In this document: positions 1 through 12,600 of the stretch, piece by piece
How the letters are laid out: each line of letters opens with the position of its first letter
How positions within the stretch are numbered: position 1 is the first letter of the stretch
NCBI GenBank assembly: GCA_040879725.1
Contig: JBBDJV010000015.1
Coordinates: 32,127-96,126 of the forward strand
Source of the DNA: Minisyncoccota bacterium
GTDB lineage: Bacteria > Patescibacteriota > Minisyncoccia > Phycocordibacterales > GCA-2401445
Direction: 5' to 3'
DNA: 64,000 nt
The notes under the pieces: model-generated
Seen by the model: only the letters and a program-made list of their open reading frames with translations
Databases searched by the model: none
What the model was told of the DNA's origin: nothing
Program-made: the position numbers and the translations under genes

Positions 1-612
1 ACAAGTAGTACGCCAACGCTTCTATTCTCTACAACCGATGAACTTTCCGGCTTGAGTAAGTATGAAATTGTTATTGGTGGAGGAGAAACCATTGAGGTTC
101 CTGCGGAAGATATTACGGATGGTAGGTACGAGATGCCCGAGCAAGATAAGGGTGAGTACGCTGTTACAGTAACTGCATATGATCGCGCGGGAAATACCTC
201 TTCTTCTGAAGTAACTGTTACGGTAGAAGAGGAGCGGCAAGCAAGTTCACGTGGACCGGTTGAGTTTGAAGAAGAAGGTCCCTCTTTCATGGAGCGGTAT
301 GGAAATATAATATTTATACTATTCCTACTTTCTGTAATTATTGCACTTTTCATCACAATTCTATTTATGCGTCAAAAGCATAATGCGGAGAAGCGGCGTG
401 CTATTGAAGAAGCTCGAGAAGCTGAAAATAAAATGGAAATTATCTTCTCAACACTTCGCGATGAGGTAGAGGATCAGGTGCGACAATTGAGCGCAAAGGC
501 GCGCCTCAGTGACGCTGAAAAGCGTGTATTGGTGAAGCTTAGGGAAGCACTCGACATCTCAGAAGAGTTTATCGACAAAGAAATCTCAGATATTGAAAAA
601 GTGTTGAAATAG
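1..612 (+). CDS. 5'-truncated membrane-anchored surface protein, paralog of the 27539..29272 protein, with a C-terminal TM helix and charged coiled-coil tail
   Basis: The frame is open from base 1 with no upstream stop. The block '...YEIVIGGGETIEV...AYDRAGNTSSSEVTVTV' parallels 'RYEIQIGNDEPIV...AFDGADNYLVQTKTVTIV' in the 577-aa protein. A hydrophobic helix (IIFILFLLSVIIALFITILF) is followed by a K/E-rich tail, and both proteins end in 'IEKVLK'. Confidence 0.6.
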   Translation, partial: TSSTPTLLFSTTDELSGLSKYEIVIGGGETIEVPAEDITDGRYEMPEQDKGEYAVTVTAYDRAGNTSSSEVTVTVEEERQASSRGPVEFEEEGPSFMERYGNIIFILFLLSVIIALFITILFMRQKHNAEKRRAIEEAREAENKMEIIFSTLRDEVEDQVRQLSAKARLSDAEKRVLVKLREALDISEEFIDKEISDIEKVLK

Positions 613-695
613 CTATACACAAAAGGGTAAAAACCCTAGTAATAATTTGATATAATTAACATACATATCCAATAGTTGTTGGGGGCTTTTTTACA

Positions 696-3600
696 GTGGA
701 TGTGTTTGAAATGAGATTAATTAACCTGCTAAAAAAAGATATTTGGGTCGTGGGAAGCTTGCTACTAATCGTGTTAGTAGTGAGTGGTAATACCTACCTT
801 AAGAATGTATACGCCGACCCGGTGATTGAGGACAGTGTGTATCTTCTCCCAACAAAAGTTGAGTCTGTTGGTTGGAATAATGTTTCAACTGTTGGAGTGC
901 AGGAAATTTCAAGTGACGGAACTTTGGGCGCATTCAACAAATCAAACTCTGCCTTTGTTATTTTCAAAAACGGAGAGTATGCAAAAGAGGAGGCGGTTAT
1001 ACCCGTGAGAGAAACTGGTGTACCGAAAGCTGAGAAGATAGATGTAGGGGAAACAAAGGAAACAGAAGGGCAAGAGAAGTTGGATAACGAAGAAAGTATA
1101 CAAGATTTTATTGCAACAACTACCGCTACGACCACAACAGATAAGTCTGTTTCTACCAGTACTCCAGTAGCAGAGTCTCTAGAACCAGAAAATGAAGAGC
1201 TCGAAGGTGAAGGTGAAGAGGAACAGTCTACAACAACAGACAGTGTGGAGAATCATAATGTTTCGGAAGAAGTGTCGGAAGAAGTAGATAGTGAAGAAAC
1301 TAGCACTTCTTCTGAGGAAGTAAATCTTGACACGCAACAGGAAATAAATGAAGAAGAAAATAATTCAGCTGTTGAGGAAGAGAGTACTGATTCCGTGGAG
1401 AATGAAAATAATGCGTCTTCTTCCGCGCCGGTAACACGTTTTTTAAATGCGATAAAACGAGCGGTATTTTCGCTTGTACCAAGTTTTGTATTTGCGGATG
1501 AGGTAAGCACAACAACTGAAACAAGTACACCCAAAGTTTCGAGTACTACTGTCCCCGTCGAAGAAGTAAGCTCTACTACATCAGTAACGACTACACCTCA
1601 AATCGTCACTTCAGAGGAAGAAAAACAGGCGACAGAAAAAGAAATAGAGGAAAAGCAGGTGGCGGTGCCAAGTAAACCAAGTGAAGATGAAGTGATTGAT
1701 ACTGAGGCTCCAACACTAACAGTCCTCGGAAATAACCCCGCGGTACTTGCTATTGGAAGTACATACAACGACCTTGGGGTTACGGTTAGCGATAATATAA
1801 ACAATAATCTCGGATTCAAGACATCTGTTGACGGAGTAGAGGTTAGTGTTGTTTCTCTTGATACAAAAAGTGAGGGTGTATACGAAATTACGTATAGCGT
1901 GGTTGATCAGGCAGGTAATACAGGAACTGCAAAACGTATGGTATATGTCGGTATTGAACCGGAAGAAAAGATTGTTTCTGAAGCAGAAAATGAAACCATT
2001 TTAGACACATTCACCTGCGATAATTCAGAAGCATGCACAACCAACGTTCTCGAAGTAAGTGGATTTGGTGTGGGAGGTGAAGTATTCGGGGAAGGCTTGA
2101 TAGACACTGCGCAGTTAAGAATTTCAATGGGTAGTAATATTGCGCACTCCAAAACAAATGAGTTGCCGTTGAAGCTCGAAATAGAATATTTTTATAATGA
2201 ATCATGGTTCAGTGCCGGCTCCATAGTGCTCGATGAGGAAGTTTCAAACGCGATAAATGGAGGATATTTCCTCTATGCTCTTCCGTTCTTTGAGTCATGG
2301 GCTGAGTTTGCAGATTTTAAAGTTCGAATACGTTATGACCATAATAAGGAACTTGAAGGAGGAGTTTACATCGATAGTATTTGGATAGAAGCTTTTTCAG
2401 GTGAAGGAATAAATAAAGAAGAGTTTGGGCTCACGAAAGAAGAAAAGAAAAGAGCTGAGATAGAAAAGGGAATGAAAAAGCCAAAACTTCATTCTGTCAT
2501 CAAAGGTAAACCAGCGTTTGAAATAGACGAAAATCCTGAATTTGAATTTGAGTATGAACTCCAACGCTCAAATATTTCTCGGTTTTTCCGAGGTTTGTTT
2601 AAAGATGATCCCGACTACCGAGTTAGCTCGGTTGAGATTAAAACCGCTTCAGGGCAAGATATTGACCTTCCTATTTCCTTGCGATACGGAGGTGGGGAGC
2701 GGTGGGGCTTTTCAGTAGAAAAAAATAACGAATCACTTCATCCTGGAAAATATGAAGTTTCAATAACCATTCATGAAGGAAGCAAGAGTTTTACGGATTC
2801 CTTTGAATTTTATTGGGGCGTACTAACAGTTAATACAAACAAGTCAATATATTCACCGCAAGAAACAGCATTGTTTTCAATGGCGGCATTGACGGACAAT
2901 GGACATACAATGTGTGACGCTATTCTTCGGTTGGTTGTCGTCGATCCGGATCAGTCAGAAACAGTTGTTCCTGTAGAAAAGTCAGGACTCTGTGATGGAA
3001 ACAATGTTATAGACGTTCCAGATTATTTTGGCGAAATGCAACTTGCGGGTGTTGGAGAATACCAAGTATCGCTTGAACGATATAACGAAGAGGGAGGTCT
3101 TGTTATTCAAACAAACGATATTTTTGAGGTAAGAGACTATGTACCGTTTGATGTGGAGAGAGAAGGTCCTACTCGTATTTATCCACCGGCACCTTATGTT
3201 ATGTCTATCTCTTTTAGAGCAAATGAAGCATTTGATGGAGTAATAACTGAAACAGTACCGAAAGGATTTATTATAGAAGAAAGCGAAGGGGCGAATGTCG
3301 TAGTCAAAGAAGACGTTGTAGAAATTTCTTGGCCGGTTTCAGTTCGTGCGGGTGAACGTATTTTGAAAACATACAGGTTTGATGCTCCTGATATTAGTCC
3401 GTATATATATGAAACCGGCCCACTTGTCTTTAAGAAAGAAATAGCAACAACATCATTTCAAGAAATGAGTACTTCTTCACCTCTGTGTAGCGAAGGATTT
3501 TGCGAAGAAGAAATTACAGAGGAGGTAGTATTTCAAGAAATTCGAACATGGAAAATTGCTTCTGACGCAGTGGGAAGAATGCTTATTTTGTGGGATGGAG

Positions 3601-6600
3601 GAGCTGCACCCGCCGGCTGGGAATGTGTATCATGTACTGGAGGGGATCCATTTTATCAAAGATTCATACGAGGAGGTGCTACCTATGGCGGAACGGGTGG
3701 AAGTGCAACTCACACTCATACTGCTTCAGTGTCAGTTGGGGGCCCTTCTGCAACTACCGGACAAACACCAGGAGGTTCGACTGTTTCAGGCTCAGGGCAT
3801 ACTCATACGTTCACTCCAACTGTAAGTTCCGCAAGCAATTTGCCTGAGTATCGTCAGTTGAGAGTATTACGTTCAACCAGCGCGGGAACTCCAGCAACAC
3901 TTCCTGCGGGAGCAATTGTTTTCTTTACCGATACAGTTCCAACTGAGTGGACTCGATACAGCGCGCAAGATGGACGTTTTGTTCGAGGTGAGAGTGGCGT
4001 TGGGACAACAGGAGGTGCAAACACTCACAGTCATACTATTACTGGTACCACCGGCGCGGCAAGTGGGGACACGTACGGCACTCAAAATGGACAGACGAGA
4101 GCGGATGTCGCTCAAGTAAACCACACGCACAGCGTATCTGGTTCAACCGATTCAGTAAGTAATACTCCTCCATACATAGAAACCATTTTAGGGAAAATTG
4201 ACGCAGACGGTTCTCTTCCAATTGGAATGCTCGCAATGTGGGATGAGGATGTTCCTGTAGGTTGGAATCACAAATCTGAATCAGGGGATCCATTTTTTGA
4301 GCGTTTTATTCTCCCTTCAGCTACATATGGAACAATCGGTGGGAATATAACTCATAGTCATGCTAATCAGAATATCGTGAGTGGAGGTCCTGCTCAAACT
4401 ACAACAGCTCGAGCAGGCGGTAATGTTTCTTCATCGGATCACACACACACTATTAGTTTAACAAGCTATTCGTCTCCGAGTCACCTGCCGCCATATATTA
4501 ATGTTGTGATAGCGGAGTTTTTGGGCACAGATCCCGTTTTCACACAAGCTCAATTCAGATGGTATACGAATGCTAATGTCGAAACTCCAACCGACGCATG
4601 GCCACAAGGAAGCACACTTAACTTAAACGAAAATGAACCAATTACTGCTACTTCTACACCGGTATCACCAGATGACGTTGTGCGTCTTCGTATGGCTGTT
4701 GGGGTAGGTAATGCAACATCTACCGCAGGTTCAGTTAACTTTAAATTGCAGTACGGTCAAGGTTCTGTTTGTAGCGCAGTAACAACATGGAGTGATGTAG
4801 GAGAAATAAGCAGTTCAACGCCGTGGATAGGATATGACAATACGAGTGTTCTGGATGGTGTTGAGTTATCTTCAACAACTCTCTCTCTTTCTAATGTGTT
4901 TGGTTCATATGAAGAGGAAAATAACTCAACCACAACACCAAATGATATAAGTGTTGGCGAGTATGTTGAGTATGATTGGGTTATTCAGCACAATAACGCT
5001 ACGAGTGGTGTTCCGTATTGTTTCAGAATGGTAGAAGGTGACGGTACTCAGTTTTTCACTTATACATCGTATCCTAAATTACAAACTAACTCTGCTCCGA
5101 ATACTCCGACTCTCGATCGTTTGTTTGATAATGAAAAAATTGCTTCAACTTCTCCACATTTTTGGTTTGATGCTGAAGATGATGAAGGTGATGCGTTGTA
5201 CTATCAGATACAAGTTGATGAGGATTTTGCCTTCGGATCTGTACTTATAGATAACAATTCTCAATCTCACGGAGATCAGTTTACAAACCTTATAAATCCT
5301 TCTCAAAAGGAGCCATATACTGAAGGAAATACAGTTCAGTTTATTCCAAGTAGCTCACTCTCAAACAATACAACGTATTGGTGGAGGGTTCGTGCATGGG
5401 ATCCTAATGGGTCTGAAGACTATGGAGAGTGGTCTGAACCACAAAGCTTCACAACCGATTCGAATATTGTTGAGTCTACATGGTTTCAGACAACAGACGA
5501 GCAGTTTGATACCAACACACTTAACGGAGTTAGGACGTTGGGAACAGATGCAGTTGAATTGAATGTTGGCTCAAGTACGGGTTCTATGTACTCAACATTT
5601 ATTGATTTTTCAGATGGTACGTATGGAAATATATGGGAAGAATTTTCATTTAATGACGCCGAAACAACTGGATCAATAAGTTATCAGGTTGAATACCAAA
5701 CAGACGAAGGGGCAGAGTTAGTTCCTGATAGTATTCTTCCTGGGAATAGTACAGGATTCGGTACTTCACCCGTAAATCTTTCAGGGGTAGATCCGGAAGT
5801 GTATGACAATCTTCGACTGGTAGCTAACTTTACCAATAGTGGTGGTAGTCCACAATTGCTTGATTGGACACTCAAATGGGGAACAAAAATCGATACTCCG
5901 ACATTACTTCTTCCTTTTGCAAATGAGCGTTTTCCAACCACCACACCAACATTCACATTCACTACTACAGACCAACAAAGTGACGATCTTCAGTATGAAG
6001 TGTCATGGTCAACCGTGTATGATTTCACATCCTCAACTACTCGAAACTCATCATTGCATGCCGGTTTTGCTAATACTGAAGATAGTGGAGACTCTGATCC
6101 ATTTACATCGGGAGATACGATTAGGTTTACAATACAACCTGCTGATGCTCTAACTGCTTCCACTACCTATTGGTGGAGAGTCCGCGCAAAAGACCCAAGT
6201 GGGGGTAATGCATTTTCTGACTGGTCTGAACCAAGAAGTTTTACCCATAATTATTTGGATGTTGTATCAACGTGGTTCCAAACTACCGATGAGCAATTTA
6301 ATACGAACATTCTTTCCGGAACACGAAGTACGGGTAGTGACTCTCTTACTGTCGCAACAACTTCGAACGAAGCTATGATTGTATACGGGGAAGGAGCAGT
6401 AACTACTCCACAGTTTCGAATATGGAACGGTTCGTCATGGTCGAGTGAAAGCAGTGCGCTTAGCGTAGACTCTCAAATAAATTGGGTGGCAGTAAAAGAA
6501 GCCCCTACAAGAGAAGAGTATGTTCTCGGAACACTTGGATTAGATAGTGATGTTAATGTTCAGGTATATAGTGAGGGTATTTGGGATAATCTCCTCGAAG

Positions 6601-9600
6601 TTACTGCTAGTATTAGCAATGCAGATAAACGCGGTTTTGATATTACGTATGAATCAATTTCAGGTGATGCTATGGTTGTAAGTTGTGATGGCGATTCAAA
6701 TCCTACGTACTACACATGGAATGGTTCGTCATGGTCATCACCGGGTACTATAACAACTTCCACAGGAAGTAGCTGTGAGTGGATTCGACTTGCGTCTAAT
6801 CCTGTGTCGGACGAAATTATTATGGTTACTCTGCCGGGTGGAGGAGGTCAATATGAAGCTCAAGTATGGAATGGTTCAGCGTGGGGAAATGCTGTGGTGT
6901 GGGGAGGCATGAGTGAAGCACATGAAGGAATTGGTGTTGCGTATCAACCAAACGGTGCCCTTGCTGTTGTTACTGTAAACAATGATGGTTCAACACCTCC
7001 AAACCGTATGTCATCTCGTACATGGAATGGTTCATTTTGGAGTGGTACTACCGATACAAACGTTGGATACTTTGAACAGGGAACGCTGGTCGCTGATGAT
7101 GGAACAAATAACATGAACCTCTGTTTTGTAAATGACGCTACAACGGTTCAAGGGTTACCGTGGACAGGCACAGCGTGGGGAACGCAAACACAGCTTGATG
7201 CAACCGCCCACGCGAAGAATGATCGCCCGGTTGACTGTGTATACGAAACTACAAGCGGAAGAGATGGAAATGTTTTGACTGCATACAGTGACACAACATC
7301 AGCTCGGTACAGTGTGCTTAGCGGGGGAACCTGGTCTGCTGAAGCAAGTATCAGCACTATCAGTCGTTCCGCAACGGTTCAGCTTGAACGTGTTGGTGAT
7401 GGACTTATTTTGGGAACCTTCTTCGATCATGTAAATGAGCGATACGACTTCTCTTATTGGAATGGTAGTGCATGGTCAACTGCACAAACGCTCGAAAATA
7501 CTCCGTCGGTAAGTTCTGCTCCATTTAAAGAACCGTTTATGATGGCTGCTCGCGGACCGGCAACTAGTGGTACGGTAGCGGTATCTCCGGGTATTGTATT
7601 TTCAGATGGGACCGGTCCGTATTGGGGTGAATTGTCATTTAGTAATACGACTCCTGGAGCAAGTGGGGTGCTTTATCAAGTACAGTACGCAACTGCTACA
7701 ACATATGAGCTTATTCCGGACGTAGACCTTACTGGCAACTCAACAGGCTTTACTACATCACCAGTTGATCTTACCGGTTTGGATATTACTACGTATGATA
7801 CTATTCGAGTCAGAGCGACACTTACCTGTGATGGTTCTGACTGTCCAACTCTAGATGATTGGACGGTGACGTGGGCTGAAGGCGCTACAGTGTCGGGTAC
7901 CATTGCAGAACATGATGAGACAACTGCTGTAACAGAAGGGACGGTAGCTGTTGCGGTAAATGGAGTATTGCAAACAGGTAAAACGGGTGAAATCCAAGGT
8001 GACGGAACATGGAGTATAACCAATGTTACTGCATTTGTTGATGATATTATTACCGTATTTGTAAGTGGCGCAACAAGTGAGAATAAGGCTGTCGCTGTTA
8101 CAAAGTATGATGGGGTGGGAGATATTACAGGCATTGAATTACATGAGCGACATCTTACATTTGGATCAGATGATACCTCGCCTGTTATTACAAACAGCGA
8201 TTTGGGACTTTTCGATATTGCTGTGGGAGGAAGTGATGTGTTCTTTGATGTGGACGCATCGAATAACTTAGTTGCAACTTCAACAGGAGGTGGTTTTGAC
8301 GATGTTGTTGTGTACGTAACTTCTGGAACAACATATAGGCCTGACAGTACATCAAGTGGAAATGTCTCCACTCACGATATTGCTATTTTAGGAACGATAA
8401 TGGCAGACGGAAACACAATTTCACTTTCAGGTTCCTGGAGAAATAGTAGTACTTTTAGTGAGGGTACGAGTCACGTTGTCTTTACCGCTCTAAGTGGTTC
8501 GGAAAGTATAGATTCTACAGGGGCGAGTGCGAGCAATTTTTATCGAGTTACCTTCGGACAAACTTCTGGTACTGCAACATGGTTACTCTCCACACCTCTT
8601 GTGGTAACAAACAACACTGCTGTTAATTACGGAACGTTATCTCCAGGCTCACAAACTCTTTCTTTGGGAGGTAATCTTGCTATTGGTTCAAGTGGTCTGT
8701 TTACTAAAGGTACCGCCACAACAACATTTAACGGAACGGGCAGTAGTGTTTGGTCTGATGCGTCTTCCTTAAAGCAGGATATGGGAATTGTTGTTATTGA
8801 TGGAACAAGTAAAACCGTTACTCTTGGTTCAAATGTTCAAGCAACTGATATTGTTATAGGAGCTAATGATACGTTTGATATAACAACAGGAAACTACAGC
8901 ATAGGTGTAAATGGTTCATGGACTAACAATAATACTTTTCTTTCACGACAGGGAGAGGTAAACTTTACCGGTTCGTCATTTGGAGTTTCTATTTTACCTG
9001 GCTCATCATCTTTTTATAACCTTTCATTTGGTGGAAGCGGCTCGTGGACTTTTGGTTCTACTAATATCACCGTAGTAAATGACTTTAGTATTTCAAATGG
9101 TTTTGTTACGCTTCCGAGCGGAACCACTACCATTAGTGGTTCGTTTCTTGCGACTGCGAGCGGGTCTTTTGCAGGGAATACCGGAACTGTCCTCTTTACC
9201 GGTTCATCTGGATCGGAAAGTATTAGTCAAAATAATTCAAGTTTTTATAATCTTGTACTCAACGGAAGTGGCTCTTGGTCATTTAGTGAGCAAAATGCAA
9301 CCACAACAAACAACGTTCAAATCCTTAGCGGTACGCTAACCGCTCCGTCTGGTGCATTAGCTATTGGAGGTTCATTTACAAATGCTGGAACATTTACTCA
9401 CAATAGTGGCGCACTTCGTTTTTACTCAAGTGGTGATAGTAAGGTAGTACAACCAGGTCTATCTTCCATAAATGACATTATTTTTGATGGATCAGGAGGC
9501 TGGGTTCTTTCTCCATCAGCAAATATAACTGTTTCCGGTGATGTGAGTATTATTTCAGGAACAGCAACATCAACAGCAGAAACACTTTCTGTTGGAGGTT

Positions 9601-12600
9601 CGTGGCTAGTTGGTCCCTCAGGAATATTTAATCACTACGACGGAACTATTGCTTTTAATTCAAGTGATACAGGCGAAACTATTGCTTCAGGAAATTCACC
9701 TTTTGGAACCGTTAGCTTCAATAACTCAAATGGAGGATGGGCTGTCACAGAGAACGCCACATCAAGTTCTGGTTGGAATATTACTGACGTATCTGAATTT
9801 ACCGTTGAGTCAGGTGTGGTTGTGGCTGTTGGTGGTGATTTTAGTAATGATGTCGGAGGTGCGGAAACAACATGGACAGGATCGACTTTGGTTTTAAATT
9901 CCAATACCCCATTCTCAATAAATGATAAATCAACCGGAAGTGACGAGTATGCTTCTATTGTTTTAAATAGTGGCACTAAAGTGAGTATGTGGAATTCGAG
10001 CGCAACGGCGGTTAGTGCTAACAGCGATTCTTATTTATATTCACAAGATCATGCTGGTGTAGATGGAAATCTTTATATTTGGGGTGAGTATGTGCGTTCA
10101 TCAGGTGTGGAGCATTGGAGCCATGCGACTGACTTTGACGGAACCAGTCTTTCTGGTAGTGAACGAGCTGTTTCTGTTTTGTTTGACTCAGGAGCTAGTG
10201 CGGAAATAAATAACTCAACGCTTTCAATTGTTGGCGGAGTGGGAGCAACAACAACAATTAATAATCAAGGAAGTGGAGCATACTCTCTTTCAGTAGTAAA
10301 TAGTACAACCACTGCACAGTATTATGCATTCAGGAACTTAGATAGTAGTGGTTTTGTTTTAACAGGAGAAACGTCTGTTACTTCATTATCAAATGGAGAT
10401 TTTGAATTATCAGCAGATGGAGGTTCACTTGTAACACTTTCTGCTGAAACAATCGATGAGAATCCAACATTACAGATTAGCCGGGTTCGTTTTGCAACCT
10501 CAACAGGAATAACGTCTGGATTTAACGTTACCGCAACAGGAACACCTACTTCGTACTGGTGGTATAGGAATCATTATGGCAATTATGCTGGAGAAGCGTT
10601 TGATAATGATCCGGGAGATAACCCTGGAAATATTCGTTGGGATGACAGCAATCTTTCAATCACTGTTTCGGGAATAGTCTATTATTCTGATCGTGCTACT
10701 ACAATGGGTAGTCCTGTGTGTGATGGAAGCACTAACACTGTTCGTGTAGATGTTCAGGGAGGAACAGGGGGAAGTGCTCCGTGTAATGCAACAACTGGAG
10801 AATTTTCAATCGAAGGGGTGTCATTAAGTGGAGACGGAATAGTAACAACATATCTTGATACAAATGGTGGATCACGCGCGGTGGCGATATCAAAAACTCC
10901 AACCGCAGACATAACTAATCTTGGACTATATGAAAGTTGGCTTACAATTAGGAACGAAGATGTGAATTCGGTATCAATATCTGACCTTGTTGCCTTTGAT
11001 AGCTCGGGTGATTCTGATGTATTCTTCTCTGCAAATGAAGGCTCACCGGATACGTTGGTCTTGGAGGATGGTTTTGGATTATATGTTGAAGAAGGGAAGT
11101 CTTTTTCACCTAATGGAAATATAACACTTGTTTCAGGGAGTACTGATTTCGTTGCGGGAACATTTGAGCTGGGAACAAGTAGCCTTTTGACGTTTAATGA
11201 CGGAGAAGACCATGCAGTTGGCGGAAGCTTTATAGTAGGGACTAACGCAACCGCAACAGTAGCAAGTTCAAGTCTTACCTTTACCGCTACAACTTCCGGA
11301 AAAACCATTACACCTAATGGCTCATCACTCTATGATGTTGCCTTTACTGGTGTTGGTGGCGAATGGGAACTTAGTACCTCGAGTATTACGGGGGACTTTG
11401 TAGTAACCGCGGGAACTGTTGTTGGAACTTCAGATGTTTTGGTAACCAGCGGTTCAATAACCGGAAATGGCGTGCTTGCATTTACTGATGGCGCAGTAAC
11501 ACTTCAGAAAGCAGGAAACTTCGGAGGTTCGGAAAACTGGACATTCGCTAACTTGGTATTTGGTGACGGTACAACAAATGCAACTACAACAAAAATTGGA
11601 GCGAATAATATTCTGGTGGAAAATCAATTAACCATAGACACAAATCATGTTCTTCTTGCAGGAGATGATGAGTGGGAATTAGGAGGAAGTGGTACTCCGT
11701 TTGTAATTTCAGGAGACTTTGACGCGGAAACTTCAACCGTTACCTATAGTGGGACAAGCGCGACAACAGTTACTGCCGAAGAGTATAACGCTCTTACTCT
11801 TGCACCGTCTGGAGCGGGATCTCCAAACTACACTCTTGCCTCAGGGTCCTTTATTCTAAATACATTAGTAGTAGGTGACGGGGTTAATACGGTTTCGGTT
11901 AATGCAAACACCACTGATCCTTTAGTAAATGTAAATGGTGATGTAACAATAAATAGCAACGCAACATACGTATCATCAAATAGCTCATTGCTTTCCGTGG
12001 GGGGAAGTTGGACAAACAATGGTGCCTTTACGCATAGTAATGGAACGGTACTATTTAACTCAAGTGACACGGGAGAAATTGTATCTTCAGGTAATTCAGC
12101 GTTTGGAAATCTTCTATTTAGTAATGTTTCAGGCGGATGGGCTATTTCAGGAAATGCAACAACAAGCGGTAATTTAATTCTCGCATCAAGTACTTCCTTT
12201 ACTCTTTCTCCTGGTAGTACGCTTTCGGTTGGTGGGATGTTTGAAAACCAACTTGATGGAGGAGTAACAACATGGGACGGAACAACATTGGTTCTCGAAG
12301 GTGCGGTAGGATACTCAGTCAATTCAGCGACAAGTACAGGGGATACATACAATACATTAGTTATTGATGAAAATACCGATGTCCGCCTCTGGTCCTCATC
12401 CGCAGGAACCACCACTGTCGCAAGTACCGCATCACTCTACTCACAAGACCACGCAGGAGTAGACGGTGACCTCTACATCTGGGGAGACTATCGCCGAACT
12501 ACCGGTAATGACTACTGGAGCTATGCTACTGACTTTGACGGAACCGCACTTACCGGAGGAAGTGAACGACAAGTAAACGTACGCTTTGCTCCAAATGCTT

